DNA of 64,000 bases from an uncultured Rhabdochlamydiaceae bacterium (GCA_963712275.1 CAVQHD010000001.1:864001-928000); one strand, 5' to 3'. Positions 28,415 to 38,562 are shown, counted from the first letter of the stretch. The notes: a model not told the origin generated them from the letters alone. Numbers and translations are program-made.

Positions 28415-29983
28415 ATGGAAGATGCTCCTAAAACGGTCACGCGGTCTGCGGTTCAATTTTTTTTCGGAACAATTTTAAGTCGATTCTCGGGATTTTTTCG
28501 CGAGGTTGCCTTGGGGGCGTGGCTGGGGGCAACGCCGATGCTGGCAGCCTTTTTTGTTGCGTACCGGTTTTCTCAACTCCTCAGGCGGCTCTTTGGTGAA
28601 AGTGCACTCCTGGCAAGTTTTAGCCCCCATTTTGAAGAGCTTAGGTCGCATCAGAGTGAAAAAGCGGGCCCTTTTTTTCGAGACTTGCTCGCATCGATTT
28701 CAACTGTCTTAGGAACTCTGATCCTTCTTTTGGAGGCTGCTTTATTTTCGTGGTGGAAGTGGGGCGGGGCTTCCGCTGAAACGGAAGAGATTTTGTTTTT
28801 AACAATGGTGATGCTTCCTGGAGTCTTATTTATCTGCTTGTATGCTCTTTTCAGCGCACTTTTGCAAACCGATCGAAGATATTTTCTTCCGAGCGCAGCG
28901 CCGATTTTTTTCAATGTTGTCTTTTTAATTGTTTTATGGAGCGTCAAAAACTGGGAGCCTGCGAAAGCTACCGCTGCTTTAGCAGGAGGAGTGACAGTTG
29001 CCTTTTTCATTCAATGGGGTGCAGTCGCACTATCGACAGTTCCTTTTCTTAAGCAGATTCGCTGGCATGAAGTGAAACTGTGGGCGCCAGATCTCAAAAA
29101 AATGGTCTCTTCCATGGGTCTTACCATCGTCGGCATTGGCGCTGTTCAGGTGAACGGTTTTATCGATACTCTTTTTGCACGATCGATCGATCTGATAGGT
29201 CCTGCTTATCTCTACTACGCCATCCGGCTTTATCAACTCCCCTTGGCTCTTTTTGGAATCGCTCTTTCTTCAGCGCTCATTCCACCTCTTGCGCGGGCAA
29301 GGCAGGCAGGGGAGACAGCTCATTTTCTCTCTCTCTTCCTATTTGCTGTTCGAAGGAGTTTATGCCTGATGATTCCGATAACGGCGGCGTTTTTGGTGTT
29401 TGGAGAGAGCATTGTCAATCTTGTCTATGGGCGAGGAGCATTTGATATTTTAGCGACCCTTGAGACGACGCGATGCTTATGGGGGTATAGTGTGGGGCTT
29501 GTGCCTGCTGTTTTAGTCCTTCTTCTAGCTCCTGCTTTTTATGCTCAGAAAGATTTTAAAACGCCTTTAAAAGCCTCTCTGATCTCCGTTGGGGTTAATC
29601 TCGGACTGAATTTTCTTTTTATCGAGGGGTTTAAATGGGGCCCAGCGAGTGTAGCTATGGCGACAAGCCTTGCAGCTATTGTGAATGCTGTGTATCTTTT
29701 TTCTGCGCTTGATATTGGGTCTATCCTCGATAGGAGAACAGCTTTGTTATCATTAAAAGTTATTTTTTGCACCCTCTTCTCTGCCCTTTTGACGATGATG
29801 GCCAGCTATTTTCTAGTGGGCAAAGAGCAGCTTCCTCGAGATCTCTTAGCGCAAGTCCTTCATCTCGTCGTCCATGGAGGCCTTTTTGCTCTTCTCTTTT
29901 TCTCGTACGCCTGGATGATGAAATTAGATGAGGTGTTCCAGATGATTGGAGTAAAGTCGAATGAAATATCAACTTCTGGATAG
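28415..29983 (+). CDS. murJ: Lipid II flippase MurJ (MviN)
   Basis: SRFSGFFRE, RRLFGE, YAIRLYQLPLALFG, AFYA.KD.KTP; many TM segments. Confidence 0.93.
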   Translation: MEDAPKTVTRSAVQFFFGTILSRFSGFFREVALGAWLGATPMLAAFFVAYRFSQLLRRLFGESALLASFSPHFEELRSHQSEKAGPFFRDLLASISTVLGTLILLLEAALFSWWKWGGASAETEEILFLTMVMLPGVLFICLYALFSALLQTDRRYFLPSAAPIFFNVVFLIVLWSVKNWEPAKATAALAGGVTVAFFIQWGAVALSTVPFLKQIRWHEVKLWAPDLKKMVSSMGLTIVGIGAVQVNGFIDTLFARSIDLIGPAYLYYAIRLYQLPLALFGIALSSALIPPLARARQAGETAHFLSLFLFAVRRSLCLMIPITAAFLVFGESIVNLVYGRGAFDILATLETTRCLWGYSVGLVPAVLVLLLAPAFYAQKDFKTPLKASLISVGVNLGLNFLFIEGFKWGPASVAMATSLAAIVNAVYLFSALDIGSILDRRTALLSLKVIFCTLFSALLTMMASYFLVGKEQLPRDLLAQVLHLVVHGGLFALLFFSYAWMMKLDEVFQMIGVKSNEISTSG

Positions 29984-30779
29984 CGGGGCAGGACAAAAAC
30001 TTGAAAAGTTTGGCCCCTATACCCTTGTCCGCCCATGCTCCCAGGCGGTATGGCAGCCCATGCTTGCCCCTGCTACATGGAAAAAGATTGATGCGACGTT
30101 CACCCGGGAGCCTGCCAATCGGTGGGTTGCAAAGCCTCCGCTTCCTCCATCATGGGTTGTCGAGCACAAAGGCCTCCGTTTTAAGCTGATGCCGACAGAC
30201 TTTGGCCATGTCGGAATGTTCCCGGAACATGCCCTTTTATGGGAGTGGATGCGAGGCTATCTTTCAAAGAAATCGCGTCTGCTCAATCTATTTGCCTACA
30301 CAGGGGGAGCCACGATGGTTGCAGCTGATGCAGGGGCTGAAGTGTGCCATGTAGATGCTTCTAAAGTTGCCGTAGCATGGGCGCGGGAGAACGCCGTTTT
30401 AAATGGGCTTGAAAAAGCCCCCATTCGTTGGATTGTCGATGATGTGGTCAAGTTCTTAAAACGAGAGGTTCGCCGAGGGCATCTTTATGACGGGGTGGTT
30501 TTAGACCCTCCAACGTTTGGCCGGGGGAGCAAAGGGGAGATCTTTAAAATTGAAAAAGACCTCTCTGAAATTCTGATGCTTTGTTTTTCTCTTTTATCAA
30601 AGGAACACCCATTTGTGATTTTGTCGTCTCATACGCCGGGATATACTCCACTTGTGCTTCACCACCTTCTTCATCAGGCACGTCAAAATAAAGGAGGGCG
30701 GATTGAAATGGGAGAGCTTGTGATTCCAGGACCTCTTGAGCTGACGTCAGGCACATATGCGAGGTGGTATGCAGACTAA
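29961..30779 (+). CDS. Class I SAM-dependent methyltransferase (RlmI/RlmK-like)
   Basis: YQLLDSG...KLEKFG, LNLFAYTGG, HVDAS, VLDPPTFG. Confidence 0.85.
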   Translation: MKYQLLDSGAGQKLEKFGPYTLVRPCSQAVWQPMLAPATWKKIDATFTREPANRWVAKPPLPPSWVVEHKGLRFKLMPTDFGHVGMFPEHALLWEWMRGYLSKKSRLLNLFAYTGGATMVAADAGAEVCHVDASKVAVAWARENAVLNGLEKAPIRWIVDDVVKFLKREVRRGHLYDGVVLDPPTFGRGSKGEIFKIEKDLSEILMLCFSLLSKEHPFVILSSHTPGYTPLVLHHLLHQARQNKGGRIEMGELVIPGPLELTSGTYARWYAD

Positions 30780-31566
30780 ACTAACAAGTGCTCAAAATCC
30801 AAAGATCAAAGAACTTCTCCGATTAAGAGAAAAAAAAGAGAGAGATGCGACCGCTCTTTTTTTAGTCGAAGGGTATCGAGAGCTCAAGCGAGCAGTCGAT
30901 GCAGGGGTCCGCTTTGAGTCGGTGTTCGTCTGCCCCAATCTTTTTTTAGGGAGCAATGAAGACAAACTCACTCAATCCATCAAGGCGCCTATCTTTGAGC
31001 TCCCCAAGCCCCTTTTTGAGAAGGTTTCGTATCGAGACCGGCCCGACGGACTCATTGGTATTGCCTATCAGATGAAAGCCTCTCTTAAAACACTCTCAAA
31101 GCCTAAGACGGCCTCTCTTTATGTCGTTGCAGAGGCAATTGAAAAGCCTGGAAATTTAGGTACCATTTTGCGCTCCTCTGATGCTGTTGGAGCAAGTGCG
31201 GTGATTGTGTGTGATCGGTGCACCGATATTTATAACCCCAATGTGGTGCGGGCAAGTGTCGGGACTCTTTTTACACTTCCTGTGGTAGAGGCAGCAGGAG
31301 ATGAAGTGATTCCGTGGTTAAAAGAAAGGGGAATCCAAATTGTTGCGGCAACCCCCTCAGCTAGCCTGAATTTCACCGAAGCTCCTTTAAGCGGATCTAT
31401 TGCAATTGCCGTCGGAACAGAGCAGCTCGGCCTTTCTCAAAAATGGCTAGAAGCTGCCACCCTCCGCGTCCGCATTCCGATGAAGGGAGTGGCCGATTCC
31501 CTCAATGTGGCGATGGCAACCACCTTGCTTCTCTACGAAGCCCTTCGGCAACGGAGCTCCCCATAA
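30769..31566 (+). CDS. TrmH/SpoU-family RNA methyltransferase
   Basis: EKPGNLGTILRS, GTEQLGL, IPMKGVADSLNVA. Confidence 0.92.
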   Translation: MQTKLTSAQNPKIKELLRLREKKERDATALFLVEGYRELKRAVDAGVRFESVFVCPNLFLGSNEDKLTQSIKAPIFELPKPLFEKVSYRDRPDGLIGIAYQMKASLKTLSKPKTASLYVVAEAIEKPGNLGTILRSSDAVGASAVIVCDRCTDIYNPNVVRASVGTLFTLPVVEAAGDEVIPWLKERGIQIVAATPSASLNFTEAPLSGSIAIAVGTEQLGLSQKWLEAATLRVRIPMKGVADSLNVAMATTLLLYEALRQRSSP

Positions 31567-31571
31567 AACAA

Positions 31572-32174
31572 TTGAATGTTCTTCTATGCGACAACCACCT
31601 CTTGGTGGTAGAAAAGCCGGCAGATCTCTTGACACAGCCCGATTTAGCGGAGCTTGCCAAGGAATGGGTGAAAGAAAAATTCCATAAGCCAGGCCGTGTC
31701 TTTCTAGAACCTATTCATCGACTCGACCGCCCTGTTTCAGGCCTTGTGCTCTTTGCTCGCACGAGTAAAGCGCTTTCACGACTCCAGCAGCAGATGAGAG
31801 ATCGTCAGATTGAGAAAATCTATCACGCCTGGGTCGAAGGAAAGCCCCCAGAGAAAAAAGGAACGGTAACCCACCACCTCAAACATGGGTCGTTCAAAGC
31901 TGAAATTTCACCGGCGGGAAAAGAAGCGATTTTGGACTACGAAGTGATCGAACACCACCAAGGGACCTCCCATCTCCGTCTAAGGCTTCATACCGGCCGG
32001 TACCACCAAATCCGGGCCCAAATGGCAGCCATCGGCTGTCCTGTCCTAGGGGATACGAAATACGGGAGCCGTCGTCCCTGGAAAAGCAAGGGAATTGCTC
32101 TCTGCGCAGCTAAACTCACATTTCACCATCCAGTGACACAGAAGTTAATTTCAATAGAAATTAAATTTAAGTAA
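31572..32174 (+). CDS. RluA-family pseudouridine synthase (no S4 domain)
   Basis: DNHLLVVEKP, IHRLDRPVSG, TGRYHQIR, LGDTKYG; start uncertain (TTG 31572). Confidence 0.88.
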   Translation: MNVLLCDNHLLVVEKPADLLTQPDLAELAKEWVKEKFHKPGRVFLEPIHRLDRPVSGLVLFARTSKALSRLQQQMRDRQIEKIYHAWVEGKPPEKKGTVTHHLKHGSFKAEISPAGKEAILDYEVIEHHQGTSHLRLRLHTGRYHQIRAQMAAIGCPVLGDTKYGSRRPWKSKGIALCAAKLTFHHPVTQKLISIEIKFK

Positions 32175-32212
32175 ACGTAAAATTAGGGGCCATTTTATAG
32201 GTGATTTAGATC

Positions 32213-33145
32213 ATGTCTATTGCAAGGATTTCAAATAAATTTTTTCCGTCCTATGTCTTTCCTATTGTAGGGGGCCTCATTGTGCTGGTGGTCTTTAAAG
32301 TTTTTCAAAATAAGATTTTTATCTCTGGAGATGTAAAAAAATTTTTTTACTTTTCCTCCATCCTATCGAAACCGTTTTCGTTTATCACTCGCCTATTCTA
32401 TAAACTGTTTCCTCATTGGAAGTACCCTCAAAAAACCGGTAGTGAAAAGAAATTATTGGAGCTTTTTTATATCGGTAGTGAAAAGAGATTATTGAAGGGT
32501 GGTAGAGAGCTTTTTTCGCCTCCTAGGAAAAAGACCAAATCTCTAGAAGGTTCTAAAGCCCGCCTTGGAGATCTTCCACTAGAACTGCAAGATAAAATTG
32601 TCTGTTTCTTGGACTGGGATTGGAAAGACGTGATTTGCCTCTCTCAGACCTCTAAAAAATGGAAGAGGTGGGGAGATGAGGTTATGCAAGAGATCAGAAA
32701 TGAAGCAGAGCACTATTATAAGACATATACAAGAACACTAGATGGGGTTATTACAGGAGGGGCTGGAAGCGGTATTAAGGTTACAATTGCCGGCAAGGAA
32801 TTACTATTTGCAGCAGGACCAAGAAGTCGGGATTTACAACGCGGAGGGAAGTTGTTGGAACTTTTTTTTAACTCATTTCCAAAGCTTCCTTTCAAATATT
32901 ACCATTATAATGTTGTCGTTATTTTAGATACAGACGATTCTCTTATTGAAAATGGACTTAAAAATGTACGACTTGTCAGAACTGACAAGTCGATTTCCCT
33001 CACTTTACGAGTGGCTTTAGCTGTCTTGGAAGACGTGATGAATATTCCAGGATTAGAGGGAAAGAAAAAAAATACAGAATACGATCACTGGTATGTGATC
33101 GATTTTGCAAAGGTTGCTGCCCAAGTTAATCCTGTCGTGGAGTAG
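32213..33145 (+). CDS. F-box-like protein with N-terminal hydrophobic segment
   Basis: LGDLPLELQDKIVCFLDWDWKDVICLSQTSKKWKR. Confidence 0.7.
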   Translation: MSIARISNKFFPSYVFPIVGGLIVLVVFKVFQNKIFISGDVKKFFYFSSILSKPFSFITRLFYKLFPHWKYPQKTGSEKKLLELFYIGSEKRLLKGGRELFSPPRKKTKSLEGSKARLGDLPLELQDKIVCFLDWDWKDVICLSQTSKKWKRWGDEVMQEIRNEAEHYYKTYTRTLDGVITGGAGSGIKVTIAGKELLFAAGPRSRDLQRGGKLLELFFNSFPKLPFKYYHYNVVVILDTDDSLIENGLKNVRLVRTDKSISLTLRVALAVLEDVMNIPGLEGKKKNTEYDHWYVIDFAKVAAQVNPVVE

Positions 33146-33280
33146 CAGTAAATCTTCAGAAAGTTGACATAATGTAATTGATTACAACGTCCATTAAATG
33201 AGAGCCTTGAGGCGATTAGAACATTTAAGCATAAAGGGACTGAAGAGCTTTTTTGAATCCAGGGCAAGGCGGGTTTAGCT

Positions 33281-33673
33281 GTGCTAAATGTTTCCTTTCT
33301 GCTGGTTACTTCAATTTTGGGCATTGCAGAAGTGCTCTACCGAAAGCCTTCAGTTGATTCAACGTCCTTTGCTACAAGTTGTCTAGAGCTGCAAGGGAGG
33401 AACGTTCAAGCTTCTTGGGCGGTAGGGACATCATTTCTCAATCAAACCTTCTCCCTGAATCAGTTTTTAATCAGCCTGACCTCTGCTTGTATTTCGCCGA
33501 ACCGTTCAGCCCATTTACTCACGGCTCTTTTCCAAGCGGTGACCTTGTTTAATATCTCAAGGCTTGAATGGATGGATGTTATCATAAAAAATAAAGATAG
33601 CAGTTGGATTTCACAAATGTATCTCCTGCTTCAAGAGAAGTTAGTGCCAGTCTTTTCTCCTACGGCAGGGTAA
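33281..33673 (+). CDS. Hypothetical protein
   Basis: 130-aa ORF filling the gap before asd; no motif. Confidence 0.35.
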   Translation: MLNVSFLLVTSILGIAEVLYRKPSVDSTSFATSCLELQGRNVQASWAVGTSFLNQTFSLNQFLISLTSACISPNRSAHLLTALFQAVTLFNISRLEWMDVIIKNKDSSWISQMYLLLQEKLVPVFSPTAG

Positions 33674-34664
33674 CGGCAAAGACCGCCTCGGCAATTTGCA
33701 CGGCGTTAAGGGCTGCTCCCTTGAGGAGCTGATCTCCGACGACCCAAAGATCGAGAGCATTTGGGTGAGAGGCGTCTTTTCGAATTCGCCCCACAAAGAC
33801 ATCATCGTGGCCTGAGGCATCAAGAGGCATCGGGAATCGATTCGCTGTCCAATCTTCTAACAGCTGTACTCCAGGGGCGCTAGCGAGGAGCCCTCTTGCT
33901 TGCGAGGGGGAGAAGGGGGCGGAAAATTCGACATTCAGCGCTTCGGAGTGGGCTCGGAGGACAGGGACGCGAACGCAGGTGACGCCGATACTTAGTTCTG
34001 GAGCCTCTAAAATTTTCCGGCTCTCTTCGATCACTTTGAGCTCTTCTTCATTATAGGAAGAGTCGGTCATGGGAGCATTGTGGGCAAAGAGGTTAAAAGC
34101 ATAGGGGTATGGCATGACGGTGGGTTGGTAGGGCTGGCAGTTTAGATGAGCGCGTGTCTCCTCTTCCAGCTCGATCATGGCTCGCTGTCCTGCGCCGCTA
34201 GCAGCTTGGTAGGTTGATAGGATGATGCGCTTGATGGGGACTGCGCGGTGAAGGGGAGCGACAGCCATGAGCATCATGGTGGCGGTGCAGTTGGGGGAGG
34301 CGATGAGCCCCTGATGGGATGGAAGGGCATGAAGATTGATTTCAGGGATGACGAGAGGAACTTTTGGATCCATCCGGAAGGCTGAGCTGCTATCGATGAC
34401 AAGGCATCCTTGACTCAAGGCTTCAGGGATGTATTGTAAAGAATTTTTTTTTCCTGCGGCAAAAAAAGCACAGTCGACACCCTTGAAGCAGGCAGGGGTT
34501 AGGGGTTTGACTTCAATGGGCCTCCCGCAGAAATTTAAAATTTTTCCTGCAGAGCGAGGGGAAGCAAAGCACAAAAGCTTTTTAACGGGAAACAGTCGGC
34601 GCTCTAGAACATGCATGATTTCTTGTCCGACGGCGCCTGTGGCCCCCACAATCGCAAGTGTCAT
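33660..34664 (-). CDS. asd: Aspartate-semialdehyde dehydrogenase
   Basis: IVGATGAVG, SSAFRMDPKVPL, SPNCT, STYQAASGAG, CVRVPVLRAHS, LLKGAALNAVQIAE. Confidence 0.97.
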   Translation of the reverse strand: MTLAIVGATGAVGQEIMHVLERRLFPVKKLLCFASPRSAGKILNFCGRPIEVKPLTPACFKGVDCAFFAAGKKNSLQYIPEALSQGCLVIDSSSAFRMDPKVPLVIPEINLHALPSHQGLIASPNCTATMMLMAVAPLHRAVPIKRIILSTYQAASGAGQRAMIELEEETRAHLNCQPYQPTVMPYPYAFNLFAHNAPMTDSSYNEEELKVIEESRKILEAPELSIGVTCVRVPVLRAHSEALNVEFSAPFSPSQARGLLASAPGVQLLEDWTANRFPMPLDASGHDDVFVGRIRKDASHPNALDLWVVGDQLLKGAALNAVQIAEAVFAVTLP

Positions 34665-34713
34665 GGGCCTATCTTATGAATTGTAGGATTATTGAGCATT
34701 ATCTTATCATGAA

Positions 34714-35322
34714 ATGATGACAATAGGCGAAAAGAGTTACGTAGAGAAACAAAAAATTTTAAATGCAGTTGAAGAGGCGATAAGGGCTATAGAGACGCTT
34801 AAAAGTCCTGAGAGTGTTGAGTTTATTCAGCAAACGTCTCAGCTTATCGCAGAGTGTTTTAAAGGAGGAGGGAAAGTTCTCATAGCGGGAAATGGAGGAA
34901 GTCTTTGCGATGCAATGCATTTTGCAGAGGAGCTCACAGGTATCTACCGTCATAAACGGCCTGCTCTTCCTGCAATTGCAATCTCAGATCCAGGGCATTT
35001 AAGTTGTGTTGCCAATGATTTGGGGTATGAATCTGTCTTTTCTCGGGCGATTGAGGCGTTCGGGAAACCAGATGACGTCTTTGTTGCTTTAACAACAAGT
35101 GGAAATTCGGGGAATTTGGTTCAAGCAATTCAGGTCGCCAAGCAAAAAGGTCTTAAAACAGTTGCCTTCTTAGGAAAAACAGGGGGAAAGCTTCGGGGCA
35201 TTGCAGATTTAGAGTGGATTGTGCGGGGATTTTGCTACTCCGATCGAATTCAAGAGGCCCACATGGCGGCTCTCCATCTGATCATTGAAATGATCGAAAA
35301 CGAGCTTTTCGATGCAACTTGA
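34714..35322 (+). CDS. gmhA: Phosphoheptose isomerase
   Basis: AGNGGSLCDAMHFAEEL, TTSGNS, DRIQEAH. Confidence 0.93.
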   Translation: MMTIGEKSYVEKQKILNAVEEAIRAIETLKSPESVEFIQQTSQLIAECFKGGGKVLIAGNGGSLCDAMHFAEELTGIYRHKRPALPAIAISDPGHLSCVANDLGYESVFSRAIEAFGKPDDVFVALTTSGNSGNLVQAIQVAKQKGLKTVAFLGKTGGKLRGIADLEWIVRGFCYSDRIQEAHMAALHLIIEMIENELFDAT

Positions 35323-36352
35323 AAAACAAATGAGGGCAGTGATCGAAGGGCGCCTTCCTGGAAAGGGGGTTCTTTGGCTGCTGAGTTTACTCTACAAGTC
35401 CGCTCTTGCGCTTCGTCACAAGGCGTATCAGTCCCATTTTTTACCCATTAAAAAAGTCCCTGCTGTTGTGATCAGCATTGGCAATATTGCTGCTGGAGGA
35501 GTAGGAAAAACGCCTCTTGTTCATTTTCTTGCAAACCAGCTTGCTGAGCGATTCTCTGTCGCGATTTTATCTCGGGGTTACCGCTCTCGTGCTGAAAAGC
35601 AAAAGGAGCCGGTGCAGGCTCTCCCTTCCATGGATGCATTGGAGGTGGGCGATGAACCTCTGTGGCTTGCGCAAAAGCTGCCACAGGTGCAGGTTTGGGT
35701 TGGCAGAAATCGAGTTCAGTCGGCTGAAAAAGCGGTTCAAAATGGAGCGGAAGTGGTGATTCTCGACGATGGATTTCAACATCGGAGGCTTCATCGAGAG
35801 ATGGAAGTTGTGGTAATCTCAGGGGAAGATCCGCTCAGTAATGGCCATTTTCTTCCGCGCGGTTACTTAAGAGATTTTCCCTCGCGCCTCTCTTCAGCGA
35901 CCTTTCTTGCTGTGATGGGGCCTGTAGGCTCTGATTTTAAGGCACAGATAAAGCCGTTCTTTGAAGGACCTTCTGCTATTTTTGAGCGGAAGATTACCCT
36001 TGCTCTTCAGGGAAAAAAAGTTGCTTTATTCTGTGCGATTGCAAACCCTCACCGATTTATCCAGCAAGTCAAGTCAACCGGTGCTGAAGTGCTCTCTTCT
36101 TTAATTAAGCCGGATCACGACTCCTTCTCACTCGAAGAAATAGAGATGTTAGCTGAGCAATCGAAGGCAGAACTGCTTGTCTGTACGGAAAAAGATTTCG
36201 TTAAAATGTCAACTTTGCAAACATCGATACCTCTCTGTCCTGTTGCCTTGGAGCTGAGCATCAAAGAGGGGCATGCGGTTTGGAAACAATTGATAGAGCA
36301 AATTCAATCACAGGTCGAACATGTCAGAAGAATATCAAGTTACGCTTCCTAA
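35312..36352 (+). CDS. lpxK: Tetraacyldisaccharide 4'-kinase
   Basis: SIGNIAAGGVGKTP, LSRGY, GDEP, LDDGFQH, CTEKD. Confidence 0.95.
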   Translation: MQLEKQMRAVIEGRLPGKGVLWLLSLLYKSALALRHKAYQSHFLPIKKVPAVVISIGNIAAGGVGKTPLVHFLANQLAERFSVAILSRGYRSRAEKQKEPVQALPSMDALEVGDEPLWLAQKLPQVQVWVGRNRVQSAEKAVQNGAEVVILDDGFQHRRLHREMEVVVISGEDPLSNGHFLPRGYLRDFPSRLSSATFLAVMGPVGSDFKAQIKPFFEGPSAIFERKITLALQGKKVALFCAIANPHRFIQQVKSTGAEVLSSLIKPDHDSFSLEEIEMLAEQSKAELLVCTEKDFVKMSTLQTSIPLCPVALELSIKEGHAVWKQLIEQIQSQVEHVRRISSYAS

Positions 36353-37502
36353 ACTAGGAGAGAGTATTGTCAGCGCAACCGTTGTCAAATGGTTTAAGCA
36401 AGAAGGGGACACGGTCCATTTAGACGAACCTCTTCTTGAGGTATCAACAGATAAGGTCAATAGTGAAATTCCCTCCCCCGCCTCCGGAACTTTAAAGAAA
36501 GTGTTTGCTCAACCCGATCAAGAGCTTCAAGTTGGAGACCCACTGGCTCTGATTGTTCTCCATTCGATATCTCATGATGAAAAACGGGAAGTATTGCAAC
36601 CGCAAGTCAAGCGAGAAATGACCTCAGCTCGAGCAGAGATGCAAGATTTTTACTCTCCAGCGCTACTCCGGCTTGCAAGGGAGAACCATATTTCTCTAGA
36701 TGAGCTCTCTCAAATTCCTGCAACAGGAACAGGGGGGAGGATTTCTAAGCGTGATCTTGAGCTTTATGTTGAGAAGAAAAAAACGGTGCGTCCTTGTCAG
36801 ATGGCTGCCTCTCAACTTAAGGAGGGAATCGAACATGTCAAAATGTCGGGTATGAGAAAAGCAATTGCCGACAATATGGTTCGCTCTTTCTACGAAGCGC
36901 CGCATGCTTCTCTCATCACAGAAGTCGATGTGACAGAAATACTCAAGTTCATCGAGAAAGAAAAAGAGCCCTTTTTTGCAAAGCATGGAGCTAAGCTGAC
37001 CATTACTTCTTTTGTCGCTAAAGCAATTGCTGAGGCGCTAGCCAACTACCCTTTTCTCAATTCTTCCCTTGAGGGAGATACAATTGCCCTTAAGCGATTT
37101 GTCAATTTGGGGATTGCTGTAAGTGTAGATCAGGGTATTTTGGTGCCTGTCATCAAAAACATTCAAATACTCGACATTCCTGAGATCGCCAAGGTAATGG
37201 GAGATCTTTCCCAGCGGGCTCGAGCAGGAAAACTTCAACCTTCAGAGGTGCAGGAAGGGACGATTACACTCACCAATTTCGGGATTTCCGGCGTAATGAT
37301 TGGCATTCCAATCATTCGGCATCCTGAGGTTGCCATCATGGGTATGGGCGCTATCTATAAAAAAGTGGTTGCTCTCGATAACGAAGCTTTTGGAGTTCGC
37401 TCTATGATGCACCTTTCTCTCACATTCGATCACCGCGTCATCGATGGCATGTACGGATGTGGCTTTCTTAACGCCGTTAAAGAGCACTTGGAAAAAATTT
37501 AA
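36321..37502 (+). CDS. 2-oxo acid dehydrogenase E2 (dihydrolipoamide acyltransferase)
   Basis: Lipoyl motif EVSTDKVNSEIPSP, E3-binding domain, catalytic FDHRVIDG. Confidence 0.93.
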   Translation: MSEEYQVTLPKLGESIVSATVVKWFKQEGDTVHLDEPLLEVSTDKVNSEIPSPASGTLKKVFAQPDQELQVGDPLALIVLHSISHDEKREVLQPQVKREMTSARAEMQDFYSPALLRLARENHISLDELSQIPATGTGGRISKRDLELYVEKKKTVRPCQMAASQLKEGIEHVKMSGMRKAIADNMVRSFYEAPHASLITEVDVTEILKFIEKEKEPFFAKHGAKLTITSFVAKAIAEALANYPFLNSSLEGDTIALKRFVNLGIAVSVDQGILVPVIKNIQILDIPEIAKVMGDLSQRARAGKLQPSEVQEGTITLTNFGISGVMIGIPIIRHPEVAIMGMGAIYKKVVALDNEAFGVRSMMHLSLTFDHRVIDGMYGCGFLNAVKEHLEKI

Positions 37503-37510
37503 ACCGATAG

Positions 37511-37694
37511 GAACAAAGGTTTAAAACCTCTGCTCACTCAGGCTTATTTACATTTCTTCACCACCGAGACACGGAGAGGGATGAGATTGCACAGAGGAAT
37601 TTTTTTTCCTCTGTGCAATCTCATCCCTCTCCGTGTCTCGGTGGTGAAGAAATGCAAACAAGTCTGAGTCAACAAAAGTTTGAAACCTCTGTTC
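37511..37694. repeat. Palindromic element family A, full-length copy (184 bp)
   Basis: Perfect 49-bp inner stem (37551-37599 / 37606-37654) plus 40-bp imperfect outer arms; begins 8 bp after the E2 stop codon. Confidence 0.95.
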
Positions 37695-37772
37695 TGGCTC
37701 AAAAAATTTAGTCTCTTTACTTTTTTTGTTTGGGGTGATAAGAAAAAAATTTAAACCTTACAGAGGTGGCTC

Positions 37773-38102
37773 TTGAACTCCAAGCGAACTTTGGGACTTT
37801 TGATCCTCATTTGCGGCATCGCGATGATTGTACTGGCTCAATATATTAAAAATCGGGTTGAGCAAGGGAAAGAACAGATTTCTAGCGCGCAGAAGAAAGT
37901 CAAGCAAGCCAATTCTCTCTTTTCTCTTTCTCCTGTTACTAAAGAAGTAGGTCAAGGTGTGACTGGCTCAGTCCAGAAAAAGATCGATGAGGGAAAGGAG
38001 CAGGTCCTTCGCTACATGGACTTTGCAAATTGGCTTCAGATTGGGGGAATCATTCTTGTCATCCTAGGACCTGTCGTAATGTTCGTCGGCAGAAAAAAAT
38101 AG
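37773..38102 (+). CDS. Hypothetical small membrane protein
   Basis: N- and C-terminal TM helices; GAGGTG Shine-Dalgarno before TTG. Confidence 0.7.
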   Translation: MNSKRTLGLLILICGIAMIVLAQYIKNRVEQGKEQISSAQKKVKQANSLFSLSPVTKEVGQGVTGSVQKKIDEGKEQVLRYMDFANWLQIGGIILVILGPVVMFVGRKK

Positions 38103-38283
38103 AACCTTTCAGGCTACCAAAATCCCGATCTCGGGTTCCTGTTTATCTTATGTATAAAAAAAGTTGCACCATTTTCCCAATCCCGCTACGCTTTTGGCTC
38201 GCGGAGTAGAATGAATCGGATTTATCCTGACTTCCAGATCATAGGAAAGAGGTCTGGGAAGTGGGTATAGCAAGAGGTCATGT

Positions 38284-38562
38284 GTGAAAAAGGTCGTTCA
38301 CAAGTTGAAAGTTAAAAATCCACTAGGGCTTCACGCAAGGCCTGCCACAATGATTGTCAAATTATTGCAGGGATGTAGGTCTCTCGTTAATATTTCTTAT
38401 CGGCAAGAGACGGTTAATGCTCGAAGCATCATGAGTATTCTAATGCTTGCAATTAAGAAGAACAGCCTTGTTACGTTAACAGTTGAAGGAGAGGATGCCG
38501 AGGAAACTTTGCAAAAATTAATCGTTGCTTTTGAAACGCAATTTGGAGAATCAGATCTTTGA
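38284..38562 (+). CDS. ptsH: Phosphocarrier protein HPr
   Basis: GLHARPA (His15) and NARSIMSIL (Ser46). Confidence 0.95.
   Translation: MKKVVHKLKVKNPLGLHARPATMIVKLLQGCRSLVNISYRQETVNARSIMSILMLAIKKNSLVTLTVEGEDAEETLQKLIVAFETQFGESDL

Noticed and set aside
38220..38270. Hairpin upstream of ptsH as a riboswitch or ncRNA
   Set aside because: Only a modest stem (cttccagatc / ggtctgggaag) with no recognisable family
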